Shown here: positions 24,910 to 35,456 of the stretch, piece by piece | How the letters are laid out: every line of letters begins with the position of its first letter | How positions within the stretch are numbered: the first letter of the stretch is position 1 | Assembly: GCF_963921235.1 (NCBI RefSeq) | Contig: NC_086097.1 | Location: 7,936,001 to 8,000,000 of the forward strand | DNA from: Mobula hypostoma | Taxonomy: Eukaryota | DNA: 64,000 nt | Reading direction: 5' to 3' | Program-made: the position numbers and the translations under genes | Notes under the pieces: model-generated | Seen by the model: only the letters and a program-made list of their open reading frames with translations | What the model was told of the DNA's origin: nothing | Database searches by the model: none

Positions 24910-25128
24910 AATTTATTTATTTATTTAGAGATCCAGTGTGGACAGGACCAAGAAGCTGCATTATCCAGCATCTCACCTATTTAACCCTAGGCTAATCACA
25001 GGACCAATACAATGACCAATTACTCTACCAACCAGTACGTCTTTGGACTGTGGGAGAAAACAGGAGCACCCAGAGGAAACACATGCAGTCACAGAGAGCA
25101 TGTACAAACTCCTTACAGAGGACACCAG
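24910..25128 (-). mobile_element. V-SINE-like SINE
   Basis: Reverse central domain ACGTCTTTGGACTGTGGGAGAAAACAGGAGCACCCAGAGGAAAC and (TTTA)n tail. Confidence 0.8.
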
Positions 25129-26167
25129 GGCAAAGGAGCCTACGTGGCCAGGAGTTCTTTATTTCCGATTCAATCACCACGTGTTTCACACAGGATTGCT
25201 CATGCTTGTATCTGCGATGGTTATTCTTCGAAGTTACCGCTGCCAGCACACACACGAAGCATCCATTTTCATATCCATTCTTAATCAATTCAAATATTGC
25301 ATTCCAGTGTCATTGGCCACAGGTCACGTGTCTGACCTTTAACACCGCGTTATTGGCTCTGCTCCAAGCCAGCATCGATTTATTGCCCTCTTCCCATCAA
25401 GTGACAGTCAATAATTTATGGATGTTTGTTCTCAATCGGCAACGAGCTCGAATCACTCCAGGCAGGCACCAACCACAAAATTCACAAACCTGCATATTAT
25501 ATCTAACTAAAGAACATCTCACAAATAACTTCTTATTTGGAAATCACCTCAGGTCTAGCAGATTACCTGAAGTATCATTGTGTCTTCTTTGAAACATTGA
25601 TCAAGCCCAGCATGTCAAGCCCGGAAAATGGAGAATAGAGTATCTTCACAAAATGGCAGTCTCCATTCCCAAGCATGTGGCAAGAACAAAGATAATTAGT
25701 CTGTCTGCTTCCACTGTCCTTGATTCATTTGAGTTCACTGATTTGTAGACTGTCATTCTTTCCGGCAAACGGGAGAGTATAGAAGATTGTGGTAGATTAT
25801 AACAGGACATAGACAAGATGCAGAGCTAAGATGAGAAATCGCAGACAGAGTTCAATCTGGAAAAGTGTGTAGTAGATTCACATGGTCCAAGTTGTTCTAA
25901 GAAGTCATCTATTAGGCATTCTATAAATTCCTTCTCTTGGGTTCCAGTACCAATCTGATTTTCCCAATCTCCCTAGGTATTGAAATCCCCCATAAGTATT
26001 TTACTTGCCCTTTGTACATGCCTTTTCTGTCTCCCACTGTAATTTATACATCACGTCCTGGCTACTATTCAGAAGCCTCTATATGACTCCCATCAGGGTC
26101 CCTTTACCCTTGTAGTCTATTAACACTGCTCACAAGTATTCTATATCTTCTGATCTGTCACTTCCTT

Positions 26168-26474
26168 GGCCTGCTAACGTCGACTGCACCTCTTCCTATA
26201 GATGCTGCTTGGCCTGCGCGTTCACCTGTCCAGCTCTCGGCTCTATCCCTCCCCCTCCTGTCTTCTCCTATCATTTTGGATCTCCCCCTCCCCCTCCAAC
26301 TTTCAAATCCCTTACTCACTCTTCCTTCAGTTAGTCCTGACGAAGGGTCTCGGCCTGAAACGTCGACTGCACCTCTTCCTATAGATGCTGCTTGGCCTGC
26401 TGCGTTCACCAGCAACTTTGATGTATGTTGCTTGAATTTCCAGCATCTGCAGAATTCCCGTTGTTTGCGTTTAA
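26168..26474 (+). mobile_element. Young PLE 3' terminal fragment with rearranged 5' junction
   Basis: Nearly identical to the pseudo-LTR of the 43180-47650 element. 8-bp direct repeat ACTTCCTT at 26160-26167 and 26475-26482. Confidence 0.92.
26333..26368 (+). ncRNA. Minimal type-I hammerhead ribozyme, intact core
   Basis: AGTC-CTGACGA-AGGGTCTCGGCCT-GAAAC-GTC-GACT: stem I AGTC/GACT, CUGANGA and GAAA boxes, GUC cleavage triplet, palindromic ACGT as minimal stem III. Confidence 0.8.
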
Positions 26475-26499
26475 ACTTCCTTTCAAAGATTAGATTTCA

Positions 26500-26862
26500 T
26501 TTTTTTGGAATTTATTTATTAAGATACGACACAACCCTTCGAGCTGCACTATCCAACAGCCCCCAGTTTAATCCTAGCCTAATCACAGGACAATTTGCAG
26601 TAACCATCGGGCTACGGGTAACCCAAGGTAATTTCTAAAGTAAGTACATGTTCGCCACAGCATTGTGGGCCGAAGGACCTGTACGTTTTCTATGTTTCTA
26701 TGTTTCTATTTAACCTACCAACTGGTGTGTCTTTGGACTGTGGGGGGAAACCCACACGGTCAGGAGGACAATGTACAAACTCCTAACAGACAGCGGCAGG
26801 AAATTAATCTAAATTTCTGGTACTATAGACCGTTGGGCTAACCACTACACTACCTTGCCATC
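26500..26862 (-). mobile_element. V-SINE-like SINE interrupted by a short plus-strand CR1 tail (about 26605-26708)
   Basis: SINE tail and central domain lie on either side of an insert ending (TTCTATGT)n. Confidence 0.8.
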
Positions 26863-28588
26863 CCAACAGAGCCACCCCTCACTTTTGCCCACCTGTCTGT
26901 TTTAGATAGGATGTGTATCCTTGGATGTTTAGTGCCCAGTTGTGATCCTCTTTCAGCTATGGCTCTTCGCAGGAATACGGGGAGAAGGCAGGAGGCTGGG
27001 GCTGAGAGGGAAAATGAAACAGCCATGATGAAATAGCAGAGCACATATCATGGGCCAAATGGCCTAATTCTGTTCCTATATCTTACTGTCTCATGCCCAC
27101 CACGTCGTTCCTGCCAATTTATGGCTTCACTATATACTCCTTTACCTAACTCATGTATAGTGTGCATTCAAATCTAGAACCTTCCATCCTGTATTCACCA
27201 CACTTCTCAATTTCATCTCCCTGGTGCCCAGGCTACTTGCACATATATTGTGGAGTCTAGACGAGCACTCCAGCTACAAAGCAGACTTAACCTAATCTCT
27301 TGACATCTCTTCTAGTGCCAGCTCCTCTTCCTAATGTCTTCACTGGCTGATAAATAAATATGTTCTCTGATAAAATCCAGATAAATTTCTTAGGCAAACA
27401 TTCACATCTTATTTAATATATCTGGGCTTAATATTCTATCTCCTCAGGCTGTCACTGATAATGATCTGCGTACTTTCGTATGAGCCTTTTTTTTCTCTCT
27501 TCCATTTAAAATGATATGATTTTGACATACTAATAATCTCTACTTGTCAATGGCAAATGTATTATTTCACCAGATCGGACCCTTGAACAATTGCCACATC
27601 TTTCCAGTCCATCTACCTTATAATCCTCGTGCAATTTGTTCTAATTTCCCTCCCCCTCCAACCCACTGCCACAACAACCCCAGGCATCTCCATCCTCCCC
27701 AGTCTGAACAGGGCCCTTCATTAATTAAGAGCCAGTAATTATCAGCATTAATCGGAACAGAGTTGTACAAAAGAACTCTGAATGTAATATTTACCTTTAG
27801 GCTTAAAAACATATGGTAGCCATTATTCCCCTGCAAAGTATACTCCACATTCTTTTTACCGTTCATTACATTGATTTGTATGGGAATGAAAAGTGGACCA
27901 TTTCTCCACAGGTGGACAACCCATATTGATAATTTTATGGTTGACTGACAAGCTGTAAATTTACTCCAGTCATTGCAAAAGATCTAGTCAGTCCCATGAT
28001 TTGTAAAATAAAACAGGACTGGAAAATAAAACAGACTGGATTTCTCCATAAGGAACCAGCATAGACTTGATTATTCTATGTCCATCTCAACAGAATCGAT
28101 GCAAATGTTAAATTGGGAAGAACAACCATCAATTTGCCATTGTTGTCAATGCAGAGGAACCCCTCCTACGGCCGTTGAGAACAGAGACGGGAAAAATGAA
28201 AGGAGAGACTAGAGCGAAACTTCATGGCCTCCTCTACTGCCAGGATAAGGCCATACTCTGACTGGAGGTGCTAAGCAACACCTTGTGTTTCACCTAGATA
28301 GCCTCAAGCCTGATGACATGAACATCGATTTCCTTCACCATTCACCATTCCTCATTCCCATTTCCTTCTCTCACCTTATCTCCTTACCTGCCCATCACCT
28401 CTGGAGCTTCTCACTCTTCCCTTTCTTCCATGGTCTTCTATCCTCTCTTATCAGATTCTCCCTTCTCCAGCCCTTTATCTCTTTTACCATTCGACTACCC
28501 AGCTCCTTAATTCATCCCCACCTCCTCTCCTGGTTTCACCTATGACTTGCCACCTATAGTTCTTACTCCCTTCCCCCCACCTTCTTAC

Positions 28589-30375
28589 TGTCACGTACCC
28601 TGTGACGGGTTAAAGATCCAGCAGAAATGGAAAACACTGGAGTCCGGTATTACTATTAACTAATGGTATTTATTAGTAACTACGCAATACAGTAATATAA
28701 ATGCAGATATATCCAAACAGGTTAGCTATGATTACATATATATATATGTGTGTGTGGAAATATATGAAAACCAAGCTTCTTCAAGTCTGGGGTAAATAGA
28801 TTGTCTTACGAAGATGAGTAAAGTTCAGTTCAGTTCGTGGTATTGAGTTGAGTAGTTATGGAGAGAGCGAGATATTTAATTCTTTAGGTTAATTAATGCG
28901 AGATGTTTGTAATCCAAGGCGAATGTTGTGAGAAGGCAATTATGTCGCTATTCTACAGATTCCATGACAGCAATACAGAATAACAATAGTAGTAGGTTTT
29001 ATCTCCGAAGTTATTCTACTCCACACACGAAGTATCACCGACAGTGATCGTCAACGAATATCCTTTCAACACAAATGGTACCACACCCAAATTCAGCTAT
29101 GGGTCATACCAAAGTGGTGGCCACAGGATACTCCAACAGAATCCACATAGGGATTATCACCAACAGTAGCTTATCACAAAGGGGACGCTCTTCAAGTGGT
29201 AAAACTACCAACCCAGGCAAGGATTATCACACACAGGTAGTTTCCACACAAGGTTACCCCAAACACACAACTGTGGTAGCCACTTATCCAGTTCCACGAC
29301 ATACGAAATAACTCCAACAGTGATTTGCCACAGAGGTGCCTTTCTTCAGTGAACTACCACACTCAGACAAAGGTAACACACAAGTGGTATTCACAAGGTA
29401 CTCCCCTCACCAGAGAACCCACTCCTGTGGATTAACTATGTGACAACCACACCTTCGTATTCGAATGGAATCAAACTCACCCTTATGGGCTACTTAGAGG
29501 GAGTCCAAACAGTGACCTCTTTGTCACTAGGTTTCTTCTGTTTCAAACCTTCTCTCCTCTCTTCTCTTCCTTTAAAGTCACTGAACGTGACCACAACAAA
29601 AGGGGACCGTTCTTCTGTGGTGGAATTATCAACCCAGGCGAGGGTTGTTCACACGAACAACTCCCCACTGGTCACTCCCTTTTCACACTGCGAGAGCCAC
29701 TGATCAATCCGCCTGATTGATCCTCCAAAACCCACTTTTTCTGTGGGCACAACAAAGCTCATTCAGTGTCCAAAACCATGTGTCTCTAGGTCTATCATCT
29801 GACCTTCTATTTATCTCACTACGCTGAACACCAGCTGTCCATCAAGTAGCTCCTTCCTTCTCTCTCCCTGCAAACTCGTTCCAGTTGCAGAAATCTTGTA
29901 AGAGTCATTTATCAATACTCAGGATCGATCTCAACTCACCCCTTTTTGGGCTACTGAAAGTTTAAACCAGACCTCACTCATTGATGTCTTTCATTGATCG
30001 AATCCATCTTGACTTAGAGCATGTGTTTCTCTGTGTCTGTAACTGTCCTTATAAAAAGTAAACACGCTGCAGAGAAAACATAACATCGATTGTCCATCAA
30101 ATAACGCTGCCCTCAGTCACCATGGCGACCCATGGGCTGCTCAGTGCCCTCTCTCTCCGAACTCAGCAGAAATACAAAAGTTAGTCTCAGTTCTTTCTCG
30201 TGCCTTAAAGTGACAGTCCACAGAAAATATGAACCTTAGGGGTTCATAACACCATCTCAAAGCAGTCTTCGCCTCTCTCTCTCTCTTACAAACAAGGTGT
30301 CTGGTGTTGAACAAATCTCTCTCTCCTTTTAAAGGTATAGTCCATAAAAAATATGACCCCTGGGGGTACATAACA
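28589..30375 (-). mobile_element. Probable solo LTR (Gypsy-like), about 1.79 kb
   Basis: Termini TGTCACGTACCC..GGGTACATAACA form a 10/12 inverted repeat with TG..CA ends. Flanks are TTAC / TTAG. Minus-strand AATAAA lies about 80 bp from the left end. No convincing ORF. It cleanly interrupts a PLE. Confidence 0.75.
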
Positions 30376-30401
30376 TTAGACTGACTTCTTGCCTTCCTTT
30401 C

Positions 30402-30439
30402 CAGTTCTGAAGAAGGGTCTCAGCCTGAAACGTTGACTG
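30402..30439 (+). ncRNA. Minimal hammerhead ribozyme motif
   Basis: CAGTT-CTGAAGA-AGGGTCTCAGCCT-GAAAC-GTT-GACTG. Core boxes are retained and the cleavage triplet is GUU. Confidence 0.65.
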
Positions 30440-30799
30440 TTTACTCTTTTCCATAGGTGCTGCTTGGCTGCCTGAGATCATTCATCATTTTGTCTGTGTT
30501 GCTATGAAAGGAGAGAAACTTTTAACCTTTAGCAACTGACCTGAGGAAAATATCAGCACCTTCGGCAGATAGATTATTGTTGCAGAGTCAGACATCTGAG
30601 TTATCTCAGGACCCATGTGTAACTTGAGGGATGTTGATTAGGACAATCCCACGATCTTAGCCAGTAAACTATTTTTCCTGACTCAACATTGTTTTCGTTG
30701 ACAAAGATCTCGTGATACTGTACAGTACATTGCACAGCTTCCAGTCTTAATTCCTTGGGGCTCAAAATAAGAAAGAAAACTGCATCTATTAGAAAGCTA

Positions 30800-31263
30800 A
30801 AACAAAAACAAACAAAACAAAATTGCTGGAAGTACTCAGCAGGTTCACACTGCATCCATGGGAAAAGAAACAGAGTTCACATTTCAGGTCAAGCAACCTT
30901 TGTCAGAACATAGTCTTCAGTGCTACGGTACTGTAACAGCACAACACCCTGGAGTTCAGAGTTCAATTCTGACACGTTCTGTACATCCACCCCAAGAATG
31001 TGTGGGTTTCCTCCGGTTAGCTCTGGATTCCTCCCACAGTCCAAAGATGTACCGATTAGTAGGTTAATTAGTTATTGTAAATGGTCCCATGATTAGGCTA
31101 GGATTAGATAGGTAGTTTGCTGAATTGTGCAGCTCACTGAGCCGGGAGGGCCTGTTCTGTGCTGAACCTCTAAATATATTTTTTTAAAACCTGAAACATT
31201 AACTCTGTTTATCTTCCCACAGATGCAGCCTGACTTGCTGAGTATTTCCAGCACTTCCTGGTT
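30800..31263. mobile_element. Old palindromic PLE-terminus element split by a V-SINE (about 30920-31176, plus strand)
   Basis: TGCTGGAAGTACTCAGCAGG..CAGAGTTCACATTTCAGGT on the left is inverted relative to ACCTGAAACATTAACTCTG..TTGCTGAGTATTTCCAGCA on the right. Confidence 0.7.
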
Positions 31264-31859
31264 CTCTTCCATGGAACAGAGTTGTTTTTGCAATACAGAT
31301 ACATTTGGATTTATGTAAAGATGTCTATCAATCATTCATATTGGATTTTTTTGTGTCACGAGGTACGTTTTCCATATTATTCTAATGTAATGGGATCATT
31401 TATCTTTTTAGTCCTTTAGAGCTGAGGATGACTTGCATGAATTTGTTTAACTTAGGAGTTAGTAGCTGTTACACAATGGCCAAATTGTGCTGGTGTACAA
31501 GTCAGCCTTTGTACACCGGCTACTAACAGTTTTGACAGAGAGAAACTTGGCCCAAAATAAGGAGGTTCAAATTGATTTAAGATGAGGTATTGCTGCAAAG
31601 ACTGCACATACACTCGCACGGACACTCACCCTCACACTCTCACACAAACTCCACCACTCACACCTTTATCCTAAAAAGTAAATATATGTAACATAAAAAT
31701 TTGAAAAAATACTCATTTATTACATTTGGCCCAGATTCTTCTTTTGCTTCCAACTGGACTAGATATTCAGAGAGGAGAACTTCGATTTTGAGATCTGTGT
31801 CTCTCTTTGGTTTTGATCACTGACAGCAGAAGCTTCTTCTTTGTTCCTCAGGAAGAATG

Positions 31860-32625
31860 AAGTCATAGGGTCATAGAAGTCAAAGGAAAGTACAGCACTG
31901 AACAGTCCCCTTGTTCCATATAGTCCATGTTGAAACAATTTAAACTGCCTACTCCCATTGACCTGCTCAGGGACCATAGCCCTCCATCCCCTACTATCCA
32001 TGTACCTATCCAAATTTCTTTTCAACATTGAAATTGAGCTTGCATGCACCACTTGTGCTGGCAGCTAATTCCACATTCTCACAACCCTCTGAGTGAAGAA
32101 TTTTCCCCTCATGTTACCCTTAAACCTTTTACCTTTCACCCTTAACCTATGACCACTACTTGTAGTTCCACCTACCTTTAGAAAATCCTGCTTGCGCTTA
32201 CCCAATCTATAGCCCTCATAACTTTGTAGATCTCTATTAAATCTCCCGTCAATCTTCTCCATTCCAAGGAATAATGTCCTCATTTATTCAATCTTTCCTT
32301 ATAACTCAGGTACTCCAGACCTGGCAACATCCTTGTATATTTTCTGTGCACTCTTTCAATCTTATTTACATCGTTCCTGTGGGTAGGTGACCAAAACTGT
32401 TACACAAAACTCCAAGTTATCCCTCACTGACATCTTATACAACTTCAACATAATATCCCATCTACTGTACTCAATACATTGATTTATGAAGGCCAATGTG
32501 CCAAAAGCTTTCTTTCCAACCCTATCTACCTGTGACAATACTTTCAATGAATTATGGACCTGCATTCCCGGATCCATTTGTCCCACCACACTCCTCAGTG
32601 CCCATCCATTCACTGTGTAAGGCCC
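31860..32625 (-). mobile_element. CR1 LINE 3' part, decayed
   Basis: ORF pieces QVDRVGKKAFGTLAFI and GHRLRVKGKRFKGNMRGKFFTQRVV. Confidence 0.85.
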
Positions 32626-33075
32626 AAGTGCTCATCTAGATAATGGTAACAGAGCTTACACAATATACCAGACTGAAAATATCTTCTGTACTTTTCCAGC
32701 ATTACCTAATTGGCCACTTCTTATTATAATAATAAGTCTTAAATCTCTTAGCAGTGAATTGCACTGAGGTTGAAGGAGATGCTGGTGATCAGTCCACAAA
32801 TGGAGCAATATATCAGCTACTCATACACTTCGTATCATAACTCACTGACACACATCTCACTCTCTTGCAGCTCAAAATGCTGCAAAGCCAAATGTGACGA
32901 GGTGTCTGGGAGCGGATGGGATCATACTGGTGTTGTCTCTCTCTGCACGTGCCAAGCTATAATGTTGGATTCCGATGTAATCCAAGGTCCTTCCAGAAGT
33001 CAGGAAAGAGGCGCAAAGCTTGCTGCTTCATGGTCATTTTATTAAGCCTTGATAGATCAAAGGAAAATTGAGAAG

Positions 33076-34043
33076 ACATAGAAACATAGAAACATAGAAA
33101 ATAGGTGCAGGAGTAGGCCATTCGGCCCTTCGAGCCTGCACCGCCATTTATTATGATCATGGCTGATCATCCAACTCAGAACCCAGCCTTCCCTCCATAC
33201 CCTCTGACCCCTGTAGCCACAAGGGCCATATCTAACTTCCTTTTAAACATAGCTAATGAACTGGCCTCAACAGTTTGCTGTGGCAGAGAATTCCACAGAT
33301 TCACCACTCTCTGTGTGAAGAAGTTTTTCCTAATCTCGGTCCCAAAAGGCTTCCCCTCTGTCCTCAAACTGTGACCCCTCGTTCTGGACCTCCCCAACAT
33401 CGGGAACAATCTTCCCGCATCTAGCCTGTCCAATCCCTTTAGGATCTTATACGTTTCAATCAGATCCCCCCTCAATCTTCTAAATTCCAACGAGTACAAG
33501 CCCAGTTCATCCAGTCTTTCTTCATATGAAAGACCTGCCATCCCAGGAATCAATCTGGTGAACCTTCTTTGTACTCCCTCTATGGCAAAGATGTCTTTCC
33601 TCAGATTAGGGGACCAAAACTGCACACAATACTCCAGGTGTGGTCTCACCAAGGCCTTGTACAACTGCAGTAGTACCTCCCTGCTCCTGTACTCGAATCC
33701 TCTCGCTATAAATGCCAGCATACCGTTCGCCTTTTTCACCGCCTGCTGTACCTGCATGCCCACTTTCAATGACTGGTGTATAATGACACCCAGGTCTCGT
33801 TGCACCTCCCCTTTTCCTAATCGGCCACCATTCAGATAATAATCTGTTTTCCTATTTTTGCCACCAAAGTGGATAACTTCACATTTATCCACATTAAATT
33901 GCATCTGCCACGAGTTTGCCCACTCACCCAACCTATCCAAGTCACCCTGCATCCTCTTAGCATCCTCCTCACTGCTAACACTGCCACCCAGCTTCGTGTC
34001 ATCCGCAAACTTGGAGATGCTGCATTTAATTCCCTCATCCAAG
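33076..34043 (-). mobile_element. Very young 5'-truncated CR1 LINE with uninterrupted ORF2 C-terminus
   Basis: The 288-aa ORF 33176-34042 has no stops ([38 protein letters not shown]). Tail is (TTCTATGT)n. Same subfamily as 13049-15147. Confidence 0.95.
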
Positions 34044-34235
34044 AGGTCTGCTAAGTGAAGGGAAAGACAAAGGAGCTCAGATCTAAGATGACGTTGCTTT
34101 GTGGTCAGCTATTTTTACACCCATAGATATGGAAAAATTCCATTCAAATCCATAGATAAGAATCAATCAATGAGAAAGCCCTTATTGAAACCATGCAGTA
34201 CCAAGCGAAACTTCCAGAGCTTTTCACACTTATGG

Positions 34236-34301
34236 CAGTGCAGGCTCGAAGGGCCGAATGGCCTACTCCTGCACCTATTTTCTATGTTTCTATGTTTCTA
34301 T
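34236..34301 (+). mobile_element. Extremely truncated CR1 tail of the same young subfamily
   Basis: TGCAGGCTCGAAGGGCCGAATGGCCTACTCCTGCACCTATTTTCTATGTTTCTATG is the reverse complement of about 33085-33140. Confidence 0.9.
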
Positions 34302-34612
34302 TCCAATATAACAACTAGGGAACACATTGAACAACTGTGACCACCGGGAAGACTATTAAACTGTTAAATGGATATAAGAACTATTTTAAATACATGCAAA
34401 TAATTAATTGCTAAACTGCAAAGAAAATACCAATTAAACAGTATTATTCAACAGAAATCAGGCTGATAATTGGAACAGGTGTTGCTGAGAGAGTGATGAT
34501 GGAAGATTTATCTGATATCTTACAGTCATAGAGCAATTCAGCAAGGTTACAAGCCCTTGGACCAACTGATTCACACCATCCAAGATGGCCACAGGATGGA
34601 GTGTAATGGTCA

Positions 34613-34850
34613 AAACAACAAGAGGTTCTGCAGATGCTGGAAATCAAGCGCAAAACATATAAAATGCTGGAGGAACTCAGCAGGTCAGGCAGCATCTATG
34701 GAAATGGATAAACAATTAAAGTTTTCAAGTGAGTCCCTTCAGCAAGACCTGATGAAGGGTCTCAGTCTGAAATGTTGATTGTTTATTCTCCTCCGCAGAT
34801 GCTGCTAGACCTGCTGAGTTCCTCCAACATTTTGTGTGTTGCCCAGAGAC
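34613..34850. mobile_element. Palindromic mini-element made of two back-to-back PLE termini
   Basis: Arms are inverted about 34748, and each has a decayed hammerhead motif. Flanking direct repeat ATGGTCA at 34606-34612 and 34853-34859. Confidence 0.85.
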
Positions 34851-35456
34851 TGATGGTCAGCAGTTCTTGTCAATGGCGCAGAATAAGAATCTGTTATGAT
34901 TGGCAATCCTTTCAACAGTTGTTCGAGGTCACCTCGCAAGATGGAATCTGGGCATACTTCACGTCCAGGTTCACCTGAGCCTGGTGGCAGCCCTGTAACA
35001 TGACAGGCACAGCATCTCCAGCCTGAGCAGTTGTGGATAGGATCTCCCAGCTGACAGTGAAATTCTTAATTTCTTGAGATCCCGTCACTGTATTGGAGCT
35101 GTAGCCTTCCTCTCTTTCACAGATGGTTCTATCAGCCACAATGCAGCTAAAATCTTGAAACATCCACAATGTGTGTCCAGCCAAAGAAATCCCATAGGTC
35201 TTTAATTGGTTGGATCCTGATTCTGCAGACGCTGCCTGATGTTCTGTAGAGTTTCAGCGCTTCCTCTTTTTCATACGGATTTCCAGAATCAGTAAGGTTT
35301 TTTATTTACTTTTCAATCACTGAGGGCACAAGCCTGATAGGTTTATGTTTAGATTCAAGATTGAAGATTGTTCAATTATATTTCCAGTACACAAGTGCAA
35401 AGGAGAATGAAATAATTCAAGTTCCAGTTCAAGTTTAGTTGTCATTCAACCATACA

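Larger units (their letters stand above)
25885..27240 (-). mobile_element. Old CR1 APE region hosting several later insertions
   Basis: Collinear with the APE region at 23170-23720, in three pieces: 25885-26160, 26865-26966 and 27092-27240. Confidence 0.7.
28215..30502 (+). mobile_element. Decayed PLE 3' fragment (28215-28588 and 30376-30502) split by a solo LTR
   Basis: GIY-YIG C-terminal remnant (FHLDSLKPDDMNIDF) and pyrimidine-rich UTR on the left. Hammerhead motif and terminus follow the insert. Confidence 0.8.

Noticed and set aside
25050..25592. 180-aa ORF
   Set aside because: Begins inside an antisense SINE at a non-ATG codon. No recognisable protein features.
32770..33045. Possible plus-strand exon after CTCTCTTGCAG (32870)
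   Set aside because: An acceptor-like site exists, but there is no good donor and no recognisable peptide in any frame.
34912..35184. 90-aa minus-strand ORF and a plus-strand acceptor at about 35122
   Set aside because: Neither reading resembles a protein I can identify, and the donor sites are weak.
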